A DNA stretch of 23,634 bases, taken from contig JALAGF010006552.1 in NCBI GenBank assembly GCA_030167865.1, positions 62,001-85,634 on the forward strand, read 5' to 3'. A program made the position numbers and the translations under genes. The notes beneath the pieces were generated by a model. That model made no database searches. It worked only from the letters and a program-made list of their open reading frames with translations, and was not told the DNA's origin. This DNA is from Craspedostauros australis (lineage: Eukaryota). Of the stretch, positions 1-12,282 are shown piece after piece. Position 1 is the first letter of the stretch. Every line of letters starts with the position of its first letter.

Positions 1-499
1 GCACCACATCGCGGAAGATGGGGAAGAAACGCATCACTCGAATCATGTCAATTGCACGCCCGAGGAGGATATAATCCACCGCGAGACCGTACGACTCGAC
101 CCAGAACAGACCGATTCCATACAGCGACACCAAGGCCGCGCAGAATGCAAGCCCATCAAAAACGCTGTTCAGTCGCGTGATGGGCGCAAAATTGGAACAT
201 CGGAGCGGATTGAAGCGGATGATCAGCTCCAGAAAACCAAGGATCGTGATCACGGAGCCGGCCCAGAGTATGATCTGATCGAACCACACAGCTTCGAATG
301 CCGACGTGAGAAGGACGACGTAAATGAAGTTCAGCACGGCGACAACGACAGCGATGAGCTCTGTGACCATGGCGAAGGTGCTGTTAGAACGCGATGTCCG
401 AATGGACGCGTTCAGCGCCTGTCGTATCTTGGTTCGGAACGTGGCGTAGTCGATGGATCCAACATGGTCAGGATCGATGATGTCCACCAACGCTTTGAC
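1..499 (-). CDS. TPC gene exon 2 (partial, continues past window start): EF-hand-like linker plus S1-S4 of the second channel domain
   Basis: Manual translation is open from 499 to the edge: VKALVDIIDPDHVGSIDYATFRTKIRQAL...ELIAVVVAVLNFIYVVLL...LLGRAIDMIRVMRFFPIFRDVV. It has an EF-hand-like loop and an Arg-periodic S4, as expected for TPC domain II. It is absent from the supplied ORF track. Confidence 0.85.
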
Positions 500-832
500 C
501 TGCGAAGTTATGGTTCGAGCCGTTGTTATCGTTGTTGTCGTATTGTTTGCATTGTCGGATCACGATGACCGATGACGGACAAGCAAGGATGATGGTGAAT
601 GAATGAATAAATGGATGAGGGAAGGGGATAGATAGATGGCGCAAGTGTCCATGGATTGGCGCAAATCATTTGTAAGTATGGATATCACATACTGCAGTAC
701 TCTACTGGAGTATGTCCCGTGCAAATTGAGGTTCAAGCTCTCCATAGTATCAACAGCAACAGAAACTGCAACAGGAACGCAACATTCTCCCATGCACACC
801 TCCCACATAAGACGACGACGACGGCGACCTAC
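500..832 (-). other. Spliceosomal intron (333 nt) of the TPC gene
   Basis: Minus strand reads GTAGGT at 832 and ...TAACTTCGCAG ending at 500. Splicing joins ...HYSSAK to VKALVDIIDPD... in frame. Confidence 0.8.
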
Positions 833-3268
833 CTTGGCGGAACTGTAGTGCGGACGCACGATCTGCAAGGTCTTGCGCACGCTCGCTACGTTGATCCGAT
901 TCTCGTTTTGGAACTCCGCAGCCGCGAGCGCCGCGAAGGACAGTCGGATCGCCTCTTCCCGATCGGCAGCAGGCCGTGCATGGATTTCGGACGCCGCCTG
1001 GATGTAGGTCTGGAACACGACCGACAGGACCAAGGAATGCAGGTAAAAGACCGCGACGACGATGAAGAAGACGAAGAAGAAGGCCGATGTGCGCGACGCC
1101 TTGTACATTGGCATCCACAGCGAGGGGTTGATGACCGTGGTGGAGAGCTCGAAGAGGGACAGCCAGGCCATGGACAAGTTTTCAAAACTGGCGTAGCCAT
1201 GGAACATGCGGCATGCAACGGCGGCGAAGCCGAGGATGAGGAAGACCTCGATGAGGAGAACTCGCGAGACGATGCCCCCAATCCTCCAGACTGCCTCGCA
1301 GGCCTCCTGCGCCTTGGAGCTGACGTAGAAGAAGACCAGCGGCTTGAAGAGCGCCGTGAGGAGCTGGGGGTATCGATCGTGAGGTGCGATGACGTACCAG
1401 AACCAGCTCTCCAATCCGAGCAGCACGAGGAAGAGGATCATGGGACGTATGAGACTGGCCCTGGCTGCCGCGTTGGGCGTGACGTGATCGCTGCCGCGGA
1501 TCTCATCCCGCATGCGGATGTCGGCGATGAAGATGACGATGGCCCACGTGTGGAGCCACGCCGACAGCAATCGGTTCTGGGTGTGTGCGTAGAAGAGCAA
1601 GAGGATTGCGATGGACAATCCCAGCCACCGCCACGTCCACGACATGCAGATTCTGTATAGCTGCAGCTGCGATGGTGTGATGTAGTGAAAGTTCTGCGAC
1701 ATCGTGGGTGGCCGACCTGCCTCGTAGTCCTTCAAGAAGTACGCTGCGATTATGGTGGCCTTTCCCAACGAGAGTTGAGTGAAGTGTGACTTGGACGGCT
1801 CATCTTCGAAGATGTCGTGGAGCGAGACCGACCGTGTGCTGGCCTGATGATGGCTGTCGCCGAAGTGCTTGTCGCTGCTGAGGATGGAAGCCGTGTTTCC
1901 GCCATTGCTCTTTCTGGCATCTGCCGCATGGAGTGGGTGATCCTTCTTGTGAAGGTGTGCATTGGCATTCGCGTACATGCTGCCTTGCGCATCCTCCGGT
2001 TTAACGTACCCCGTTCGTGGCGATGGCAGCGTCGGGATTGCGAGCAAGGGGCTCGTCTCCCAGTTTCCATCAGTCGGTGCCCCATTGTTGCTTTGGTTGT
2101 TGGTATTATTGGCGTGGTTGCGGTTGTTGTTGTTGCTGCTGTTGTCATTGACATTGCTGTTGTTCCCAATGTTGCCCACGTTGGCGGTAGCAGCGTTGCT
2201 GGCTGGACCATTGAGACCAGCGCCGCCCACACCAGCAACCGGCGTACCGACAGTTGGATAATTTGTGCCGACACCAGCGTAGATGCTGCGGATGTTGCTT
2301 GCGGAGCCATATGCCGTCATCGAAGATTTACTGTCCGGGTCGGGACTGACGCGGTAGGGGTACTCCATCGTGGCGGACGAGAGCTGATGTCGGTGCGTCG
2401 GTCGCGTGGCCAAGCCTCCCATCTCGCTGGGCACGATCCCGCTGAGACCGCTGCCGTGCCTTTCCTCCTGACGGGCAGGCGATCGGAAAGAGTAGGCGAG
2501 ATTGGAGATCCAGCTGCGGAAGCTGCCGTTGTTGTCGCTCATGCTGCCGTTGATGCTGGCATTGGCGTGCATGTGATTGTAGGGGTCGGCCGGTGGCGGG
2601 TAGATGATCGGCGTGGATGGATCCGGGGCCATGAGGTTGGCAGAGTTGCGGTCGAAATGGCTGGTCGGGGAAAGTCGATTGGATGGCGAGGAGGAGCCAA
2701 TTCGGACGATGCGCGACGAATCGCAGAAGGACGCATCACGCATCTGACGGAAGGTGGATTCGCCCAACGTCGCCCGCTGTCCACGCTCTATCCGGGTCTT
2801 TGCATCCGCTTGGAAGTAGTAGTCGTCGCTGGTGTCTGAATATTCCATGGCTGACACCGACATGGCGGAAGAGTTCAGAGGTTGCGCTGGTGATGGTGGC
2901 GATGATGGGGATGCTGGTGATGCGCCGGGATAACCGTCCGGCCCGCCTCCACCATCCTGCATGGAGCCGTATCCCTCCAGCCCTGTGGATCCCGAACCTG
3001 CCGGAACTCTCAGGCCTTGTCCATGCTGATGTCCATGCTGATGCTCACGTTGGTATTCATGGGGATGCTGATGTAGGTGAGATTGCGATCCGGCAGACAC
3101 TGCTTCGCCGGAGTCTTGGACATCTGGGAACTGGTGCATCGCCTGCAGCGCTTCTGGATCTTCATCATCCGAATCCACACCTGCGTTGTCAGGCTTTCTG
3201 CGTCTGTTCTGCCTCTGCTTGTGCAGCCTGCGCTGCCTGCGGTTGTTGAATGCGTCGCCCTGGTTCAT
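833..3268 (-). CDS. Two-pore cation channel (TPC/TPC-like), exon 1: long disordered N-terminus plus first 6-TM channel domain
   Basis: Part of ORF 560..3442. Likely start is ATG at 3268 (MNQGDAF...), with an in-frame upstream ATG at 3442 as an alternative. It contains a TPC-like N-terminal helix (AAYFLKDY), TM helices, pore region FENLSMAWLSLFELSTTVINPSLWMPMY and S6 FFVFFIVVAVFYLHSLVLSVVFQTY. The exon ends at a phase-0 donor AAG|GTAGGT at 833/832, after which the ORF translation becomes implausible. Confidence 0.85.
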
Positions 3269-4300
3269 GGTTGCTGAGGACGCCCACGTTCCTGCTTTGG
3301 GCTGTACGATTCGATCAGCGCTCGCCCTTTCACGTCGATTCGCTTTGCTTGTGCGTTGCTGTGAGGGGCAACCCACAGTGAGATGATGGGCACAATTGGT
3401 GATGAACTCGGAAGCAATACAGCACAGGTTAAGGGCATGCAACGATGGTGGTTGTGTTGCGCACTCTCTCGGTTTCTCCCAGCTTCAGCAGCGACAACCG
3501 CGAATCCTTCGCAGCTCTGTCTTTGTCTTCGCCTTGGTATGCGTCTTCTGCTTGGTATGTGCACCTGCGTTGGGGCACTGCCCGTATTTGTGTGAGTATT
3601 GGTGCTGCCACGATTGCCGGAGTGGGATACGACCTCCTGATTCGTTCTCTGCGGATACAGAGAACACGATGCTCCAGCACTCTGCGTGGGTGGAGAGGTG
3701 TTCTAGATCGTATTGGTGGATGTCAACCTGGTTGCTCACCGTGATTGTGTTTGTGATTGTGTTCGTTTTGCTTGTGTTCGTTTGCTTGTCCCTGGCATCT
3801 GCGTGATTCTCCCAACCGCTCTCGTCACTCCAGATGTCTGCCGCCAACGCCTTTCTATTGTCTCCGCGGTGGATGGGTGCCAATACTAATACCGATACCA
3901 ACGCTGCTGGTGAGAGGGGTGTGTACTCTAATAAGCCGTATATTACAATGGTACGACCTATGGTACTATGATATGGTATATAGTAGAATGTGTGTCCGTG
4001 TTCTGTGTGGATGTGGATGGTTGTGATGAACCGCTTGTCGCACGAGTGAGAGTGGAGGCAGTTGATGGAGTTTGCTCAACTTGGACCGACTCAATTCAAA
4101 TCTCGCTTCACAACCTTGTCCGCTGCTTTTGCAGTCGGCTGTGCTTGCGTTTGTGATTGTGCCTTTGTGGTTGATGCGCCGATGACTGGTTGGTTCTTGG
4201 CTTCTTCCCTTGGATGGAGATGATGAACGTCACCCCATCGACAAGCCAACCAACCAACCTGCCAACCAAACAACCAACGAACAAATCGAAGGAGCAACGA

Positions 4301-4326
4301 AGAGAGAGAGAGAGAGAGAGAGAGAG
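4301..4326. repeat. (AG)13 microsatellite
   Basis: Read directly from the sequence. Confidence 0.95.
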
Positions 4327-4633
4327 GCAAACGACAAGGGGAGAGCAAAAGAAAAGAAGGAAAATCTTTTCCTCGGAGGCGAAGGGAGCAAAGGATTGTG
4401 GGCATCACCTCCCTTTTTGTTTTGTGTCTCTTGCCGAATTTTTAATTTTTGTCGCAGAACAACGCGCCAAACTCGTTACTATTTTAGCCAACGAACGGAT
4501 ACGGATAACGTCTGAACGGTGACATCAATGTCAGTTCGGGACAAACTTCCCCTGACTCCAAACTTCTCTTCACAACTTCGCTCCGTACCCCCATCTTCCC
4601 GAAGCACCACGGAGCAAAAAGGGAGGGCAGTGT

Positions 4634-4666
4634 CATCGTTACCATCGTTACCATCGTTACCATCGT
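4634..4666. repeat. 9-bp tandem repeat (CATCGTTAC), about 3.7 copies
   Basis: Read directly from the sequence. Confidence 0.9.
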
Positions 4667-6232
4667 CGCTACAACAACAGCATCAGTGTCATCATTGCTA
4701 TCAGCGTCGCCCTCCAACTATCCTACAATACTTGCATGTATTTTAGAATTGCATGGTCGTACCACCAAGAACTCCATCTGTCTGCTTGTCACCCACTGCA
4801 CGCGTCCAACTTTGACTGCTGGTGGATGTGTTCCAGGTACAGAGTACGCGTATTCGTGTCTACCTGCCTGCTCTGAGTGCAGATCTCTCTCCTCTAGACT
4901 ATACATACTCACGAGTACAAGGCATGCGCTTGCTTTGTTCTGCTGTGATACGTATGATACAATCCTTTACGATAGATCGTAGGTTTGCATTGCACATCCT
5001 CGACTATTGCTCCCGTCATGTTTAGTATTTTCCTGGGGTGCGACCGACATCGAAAGAGCGAAGTGAACCACAGCGCTGTATCCCAACCCAATCACATCTA
5101 ACACATCTAGAGAGAAACAATGCATTACAATATTATAGTATATGTTAGTTGTACGATCTATTATTAGAACAGAACAGAGAAGGGCAGGACATGGTGCCGT
5201 ATCACGAATTCGAGCATGTGCCCATGAGGACTCCAGATCGTAGTCTAACACACGACACATTTGGGCTTGCGTTTTGCGACGCTCTTCGAATTCTTCTGCA
5301 TCTATCCACGTCTGAATATCGCCCGGTGCACGTTTGGAACACACAATCGTGTTGTTCTCAATCCGTTGAGTCGAGACCACGAGAATTCCAACAAGGAAAT
5401 TGACGAAGGCTGCCGTCTGGCCGTGCATCCGTATCTTATCGCTTCCCTCTTCACTAAAGTCGCCTACGCGAAATCCTACGACGTTTGTGGTAAGCCCAGA
5501 TCTCGCCACTGACCACACCAAAAATCATCCTCTGAGGTGAGTCGACGATGGTGGAAATGACGACGATGAAAGCACCATGACGGCCCCGCGATGGCGCGCC
5601 AGGATGACGGCATCAAGATGACAGGAAATCGATGGAAGAGGCGGTCCGAACGATGCCAGGAGCGTTGGAAATGGCCACCTTGATGCTCCTGTGGATGTGT
5701 TTGTGTGTGTGCGCCGTGGTGAACATCGATGTGAAAGACGACAGCGTTGGCGATGACGATGATGATTACGCCGGCATTTGCCTCGAGTGATGCAGCCAAC
5801 ATCAAGGCAGCGCAAGGCAAGGCATGATTGGAAGCGACGAAGGTAGCAACAACGGCGGAGAGAAGAAGAGCGCACTTCCGTTGGCGGTCGACGCATGACA
5901 ACGGTGACACCTCGTGGTGCATCGCAGTGGTCTGTTTGAGAACAGACCAACAAAAACCACCCCAAACACGCGCGCACACACACACACACCACCGATCGTG
6001 AAGTTCCAGTACTCGTTCCATCGTCATTTCACAACACAAATCAAGCACATCAAGCAACTCACAAAAACGATACCCCGCTGCTTCGGCCTCTTTGTTCCGC
6101 TCGTGACTTTCAACACGCCGCAATCGACGCCCTCTGACCACTGATCTCACAACGCGAACCCAAACGCGCACCAACACAACAGGAACAACCGCGGAAACCT
6201 TATTCAGCCAGCAACAACCCAACACGTCCATC

Positions 6233-6481
6233 ATGCCAGTCGATCTCCTTCATCCATCCCCAGATGCCGAAATCCGCACTCACAAGCTGAAGCGACTTGT
6301 GCAGTCTCCAAATTCCTTCTTCATGGATATCAAGTGCCCAGGATGCTTCCAGATCACGACCGTCTTCAGCCACGCGCAGACAGTCGTCCTTTGCGGGAAC
6401 TGCAATATCATGCTCTGCCAGCCAACCGGCGGTAAGGCACGCCTTACAGAGGGATGCTCCTACAGAAAGAAGGTTGACTAA
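6233..6481 (+). CDS. RPS27: 40S ribosomal protein S27 (eS27), intronless
   Basis: 82 aa: [41 protein letters not shown]...[20 protein letters not shown], the canonical eS27 sequence with a C4 zinc finger. Confidence 0.98.
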   Translation: MPVDLLHPSPDAEIRTHKLKRLVQSPNSFFMDIKCPGCFQITTVFSHAQTVVLCGNCNIMLCQPTGGKARLTEGCSYRKKVD

Positions 6482-9400
6482 ATCTGTAGTCTCTAGCAAA
6501 CAAACAAGGAAAACAACTTTCAGTAACCAAAGCATAGAACACCATTGGAGCCCATTCAAGCAAAACCCTCGTGTTCGCGACGCCATGATGGCCGCCTGCT
6601 ACTATCTTCTGTTGCCTGGGATGCGGTATCATGGAAGCAAGATGTAGCACACTGTGGTGCGTTCCAAGCACCGCACCGCCCGTATCGCAGGCAAAGCTGA
6701 TGGAGTGAGTAGGCCATTCAAGATGGTGACGTGCCTCTTTCCAAAGCACCCAATCGTGGATTGCGCCTATCGCTTGATACTCATGTGCGCCAAAGTGTGT
6801 CCCTCCTTCTACGGCCTGCTCCAAGAAGCTCTCCAACGATTCGCAATCAAAACGAGCCGCTGTGGACTGTCTCTGCCTCGATTGGAAGTCAGGAGTATGT
6901 AGTTGTCCTGGTCGTGCTCCATTCTCGAAGCAAAAGGACATGACCAGGATAGCTTCGAGCATCCACAACGATTATAGGAGGGCGTACTCCACGTTACCAG
7001 GCATGTTATGGTTGCGCCCGGTATTGTCCCCACATATCACCTTCCGTCATGCTTGATCAATCAATCAATCCATCAAGCAAACCAATCAACTCCACGCACG
7101 GGCTACTATAAATACACATGAGGATTACACTACTCTACCGACATCATCCGCTTTGCTCTCTCCCCGGTTGAACTGCAATCAAGTCCATCCGAAATATAGT
7201 GCCGATTTGCACATTGCTTCTCGCTGAGAAAGGAGTTGCGGTAATTGATAAAATACACTCATAATTCATCGCCCGACACGTACGACGTGCAGACATAACA
7301 TTGTACGGATGAATCTGGCACGGTTGCGTTTGCGTTTGCGTTGTTTGCTCGGTTTGGAGCATAAACACACACCACCGTGACACGACGGTGGTAGCGCTTG
7401 GTTCGGCTTTGGATACGAGTCCTGACATGTACAGTGAGAGCACGTGTCCACATGTTGGTGTGCGGCTCATCCCGAACGTGGCCACGAGCTACTCATACCC
7501 ACGCATGCATCCTGCATGTTCTTCTTTGATTCGTCCGAGATGAACAAACGGAGTCGCGCCGCAGGTTGCTGTGAGAAGAGGCAAGAAGAGAACAACATCA
7601 GACAGAATCAGGCCGGTCAGTTTCCACGGAAGGCGCCGCGATCGATACAACATGATGTTGGGGGCACAAAAATGTCTCTGACGCAGACATCGGAGACAGC
7701 TTCACGTGGACACATGGACGTGCTGGCAACGCGGTTCTATGTGCGACAGCACAACCAAGTGTTGGGACCTGGCTCGTGCCAGCCATGCGATACTTGCGGG
7801 TGGGATGATGTCATCTTTTCCACCATGCTCTCTCTCCCGAGCACGATGAGTATTCTACAAGTTGAAGTGGGGATGTTGAGACGAATTGAGACCCAACCAC
7901 TCTTCGTCTCATCTTGGACATTCCAATCCCTTTTTCGTCACTTGCAGCCTCTTCCTCAGCGACCACAAAGAAGGAGCTGATGGGTGCTCGCAACCCAAGT
8001 CGAAGGGAAGCAGCGCTTGGAGAGATGAGCGAACTGCCACAGCCGCTATGCTGTGCGTACGAGTACCCTCCTCAAAGTAGAGTAGAATGCTCGTGGAGTG
8101 CGTGAATTCAAAAGATCACGGACGAGGTAGATCGAGCGCCCTCACGCTTTACACTTCGAGGGTACTGGCATACTAGCATGTATGCCTTGCAACAGGAACA
8201 TAGGGGTGGGATGGCCTCGTTACGTGCAGAATCAAGAATTTGACCCGCCAGAGACGTGCTCAAAAGCGTTACCTCATACGTATAGCATGGTACGAAGCGA
8301 TACATACATACGTAAGCTGCCACCAAGCACGCAATAACGCTCAGTGTTAGACCCAGCCTCAAACATGTGATCAATCGAGTCCCTCGCAGTCGCGAAATGC
8401 GGTGCATACGCGTACTGGTCGACACAATCCATTGGCGAACAGTTTCGCCAGCGTCCTATTCCCAGCCTCAGCAATTGGACCTCAATCTGGAAAGGCACCG
8501 AAGACTCTGCAGGCAGCCGTCCCTCCAATGGACGTCCACCACCGCTTCGTTTTCCACTCTTACAGGAGCGAAAGCGCTCCCGAAGAAATGGTCGCCTGGC
8601 ATGGACCTCGGTGGACCCACGGCACACAGGAGCTGAATCCCTCACAATCGTATCGTGAATCGATGTCCACTCGAACATCCACTGTAGATCAAGACACACC
8701 CGGAAAGTACAATCACTTTCTGAGCCCTCCATTCCATTCTGCAATGGAAGACATCCTCAGGCTGTCTTGCTACGTCTACACCATCTTGAACTTCCTTGGA
8801 TGGAGAATATCTCAATCTCGCAAATGGCGAGCAGGCATACCAGTCCTTACGAACAGAGTCAGCCTCAACCCGAGTCTTCTGGCACCCGCGCATGCATAAT
8901 TGACACGTCACCATTGCTATACTGTCAAGTTTGACACTTATCCCATCAAGCAGGTATCTTTGGCAGCCAATGCTGCACGGAACAGCCTGATAGCACTCGC
9001 AAGCTTCTTGTCGTGCGTCTTCGGCTGCTCTATAGAGTAAATACAATAGGCAGTGCTGTCTCGAGCAAGGAGTTACAATACCGCGGATCAGTGATGCGCA
9101 AAACGCCGAGAAGCACGTGACTTTGATCTGCCGCTACTTTCTACTTGTGTTGCATCATCTCGTCTCGTTGGGGGAATGCCAAAGAATGACAAGCTCTCTC
9201 TGGACAGGACTCAACCATCTTCCTGAAGACTTCCATGATCCATCGTGCCACATCCAGCAGCCACAGCTCTCCACCATCCGCATCTGCCTTCGGGCATGAG
9301 AAGGAACATTTCCGAGTTGGGAGCTGGTTGTCTCTATGATGCATAGTACGGTCGAGTGTCGTGGGACTCCATGTTCTGATTCCTCCTCCTATCCTTGGTC

Positions 9401-9967
9401 ACCGACGGGTTCGGGTTGTGTGGCCGTGTGTTCGGGAACAGAAGAGGACGAGGATTCGTTCGTGGATGATTTCTTCGAAAGTGTTCCAGGTGATTCAGCT
9501 TTGGTGCCCTCCAAAACACACAACTTGACCATTCGCCAAAAGCCCGGCAGACAGAGACACCATAAAAAGACACACCACAGCAACAGACACAACCGCACGT
9601 GGTTGTTGCACAAATCCTGGCAAAGACGGGACCAGGATTTGTCAACAGGCAGCTGCTCCCTGCTTGAACTGCCTCTCCAATTCGCTCGCGTATCCAAGGA
9701 ATCTCACACCAATGTGAGCAAAGCACCGGAAGGCGGCAGGCAAATCACGTGACTCTCTACGGCAGCGCGGCCGTGCCGCCCCGCTGCGTTTTGCAACAAG
9801 GAGAACTTTGATCGGAACAAACCCGAAGCACGAACTATGGTACCGCACGTGTGCGCAGTGTTCACCCGTATCCACTGACCAAATTGTCAATAGCAGCAGC
9901 TGCTGTTGCTTCCACAAATCTGACATCAAACAAAGATGCTGTGAGACAATGCGGGCTCAATTTTATT

Positions 9968-10010
9968 CCAGCTCAGCTCAGCTCATTTCAGCTCAGTTCA
10001 GGCTAACGCA
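9968..10010 (+). promoter_or_regulatory. Conserved upstream element with TCAG(C/T) repeats (initiator-like), paralog 1
   Basis: Aligns without gaps to 15428-15470 (34/43 identical by hand) at a similar distance from the ATG (138 vs 146 nt). Its function is inferred. Confidence 0.45.
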
Positions 10011-10105
10011 GCGCGATCACAGATCACTTCAAACAACGAGCACAGGCATCAAACTTCCACAAAATACCGATGACTACCGCAAGCACTGAGGCCGACACTC
10101 TCACC

Positions 10106-10351
10106 ATGCGTATCTTCTCCGCCGACGAGTGGCAGCAACTGGATGAGTATTTAGCATATTGCGACGATGACGATGAGCTCCTCATGACAAGCTGCTCGAT
10201 GTTAGACTCCTCCTTTCCATGTCATGGTGAACCTGATATTCGCACGCTTGGCAATGAGATCGTTGAAGCCAGATCAGACCTCGGCTCAGACACCAGCAGC
10301 AACTGCAACTGTGACTTCAGCGGCAGCACTCTCCGTGACGACGACGGCAAG
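10106..10351 (+). CDS. CRAL-TRIO-like/DUF6824 protein paralog 1, exon 1 (acidic N-terminus)
   Basis: ACC-ATG at 10106 is shared with paralog 2. It has 82 codons (MRIFSADEWQQLDE...DDDGK) ending at donor AAG|GTGAGT. An in-frame ATG at 10070 exists only in this copy. Confidence 0.8.
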
Positions 10352-10537
10352 GTGAGTACTTGCGCAATGGCGATGATTCTCCGTAGCCCATGATGACGAC
10401 TACGACCGCGGAAATGCCTACCATAATAGTACGGATGAAGTTGCAACCGCAATGCCGACTGTGAACCAAACCGCATGGTTGAAACAGCTCACAATCCATC
10501 GTCGTCGTCGTCGTCGTCTCTCTCTCTTCATGCCCAG
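10352..10537 (+). other. Intron (186 nt), paralog 1
   Basis: GTGAGT donor, CTCAC branch-like motif, (TCG)n(TC)n pyrimidine tract and CCCAG acceptor. Phase 0, in frame with ORF 10475..12319. Confidence 0.8.
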
Positions 10538-12282
10538 ATCGGGAAACCGAATGAGGATACTGACCACAGCAATCCTGCTTGCGCAGACACATTTGTGAAC
10601 GCCGCAATAGGAGCAGATGCGCAGCAAACCACAAGGTTGACCAACGAGGACATCTTGAACACATTCAAGGTCCTCGATATCATCGCGCAAGAGCTGCACG
10701 CGATGTCACCCGAAGAACGCACGCACATACATGAGGATATCACCGGGAGCTCGACTCCCTGCGAGGAGACCCCCGAGTTCCTGATCGCCAAGCTCGACGA
10801 TATGGAGATGGAGCTGGCCATGGCGACCAGCAACACGACCGCCTACAACATCGCCAGGCAGACGAATCAAGCCTACATCGAAGACACGGACCTGCGCCTC
10901 AAGTTCCTGCGCTGCACCTCCTTCGACTCGTACAAAGCCGCAATGCGATTGATCGCCTGGTGCGATGCCAAGCTGCACTTGTTCGGTCCGCATGTGCTCG
11001 GCAGAGACGTGCTGCTGTCCGATCTATGCCCAGGAGCGATCGCTCTGCTGGAAGCTGGGAATGTACAACCGCTTCCATGCAAGGATGTTCATGGAGGTCG
11101 CATAATCGCAGCGACAGAGTTCGTCCCGAGCATGTTCGACACCTTGGCGAATGCCCGGGCCCTGTTTTACGCAGCCATGACGGTTGTGGAAGACGTCGAC
11201 GCACAGAAGAACGGAGTAGTTATGGTGCATGCACTGGACAAGATGATGCCAAATGTAACGCAAAAACAACGAATGAACATGTGCATTTGTGCGCAGACCA
11301 TCACGATCACGCCGGTGAACGTGAAGAGGATGTACCTCCTATCAGACGATACGGAGGAGATGAGGGCCATGGTAGATATTTTGCAGCTTTCGCTGGCCCG
11401 TCATACTCGCCACCGATTCAAGCCATTCTTCGGTACGCTGGCTGATAACATCAAGAGTCTCTCTTCGCACGGCGTGTCACCTCAGGTCTTGCCATTCAAT
11501 GACTGGGGGATGCTCAAAATGGTCGGAGCCAGTGCTTGGATGATGTATCGCAGAGCGCTGGAAGCCTGCCGAACCGCAATGACCACGCGGACGAGAAACG
11601 GGAATGACACCTCTGTCACTCACGATCATCCTGAGAGCAATGGTGCCAATGACGCAGCGGAGATGCAAGTCGTCCAAGACGCTGAAGGAGAGGACAACAA
11701 TACTGCTGTAGATCTCCAACTAGCAGAATTGTATGGAGATATCCCGGAAACTGCAGTCAAGAATGATATTGAATCACCAACTTCCTCAACTTTGCCAAGG
11801 CAGGTCTCGCTACAGCCGTCAATACCACCACTGCCGCCGCCACAGTTGCCAAAACCTCTTTCATTGCTGCCACTCGTGGCAGCTGATCCAATTGAAAGCG
11901 ACAGCACTCGTCCAAGTTGCAGTCCAACTGAAGTTGACATTCTGATGGGACGTGGAAAGCCGTTTCAAGAGCACTCCGGCAACCAGTACATGAAGGCAGT
12001 CATTGCTGATATGTTCGACGAGTATGACAAAGCACCAAGGTGGGCCAAGCTGGACATCGCTGGAAACCTGGTGCACAAGATGCAGGAGCGCAAGAGCCGC
12101 TTCCTCAAGAAGTGCAAGGAGACAGGCTGTTGGATCGAGGTCACCTTCGTGGAAGCACGGGACAAGGCCGCGCATGGCTTCCGCAAGAAGCGTGAGATGG
12201 ATCTCCTTCGGGCAAGAAGAGATGGGAGACTGCCGCCCGCGACGAAGAAACGGACGAGGCGAGCATCATCGAAATCGAGCAA
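10467..12282 (+). repeat. Near-identical duplicated tract, copy 1 (partner about 16016-17841)
   Basis: Visual alignment shows high identity from AAACCGCA(T/G)GGTTGAAACAGCTCAC in the intron to GAAATC(G/A)AGCAA near the stop codon. Confidence 0.92.

Noticed and set aside
560..832. C-terminal part of the 960-aa ORF (VGRRRRRLMWEVC...)
   Set aside because: Read-through into the intron. The real frame resumes at 499.
656..2839. Long plus-strand ORFs 656..1660 and 1817..2839
   Set aside because: Antisense shadows of the TPC coding exon with no recognisable motifs.
5170..5225. ACAGAGAAG resembling the U6 snRNA core
   Set aside because: Flanking U6 sequence (ATTAGCATGGCCCCTG, 3' U-tract) is absent.
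4967..6234. Minus-strand ORFs 4967..5521, 5476..6234 and 5525..5992
   Set aside because: No recognisable domains, and they overlap microsatellite and UTR-like sequence. Cannot be supported without homology or expression data.
6444..9752. ORFs 6444..6968, 7444..7980, 8402..8899 and 9336..9752
   Set aside because: No family motifs recognised, and lengths are compatible with chance. A small orphan gene cannot be excluded.
10475..10537. ORF-track starts at 10475 and 16154 for the paralogs
   Set aside because: 10475 lies in the intron and 16154 is an internal GTG. The conserved exon 1 with in-frame splice sites gives a better gene model.
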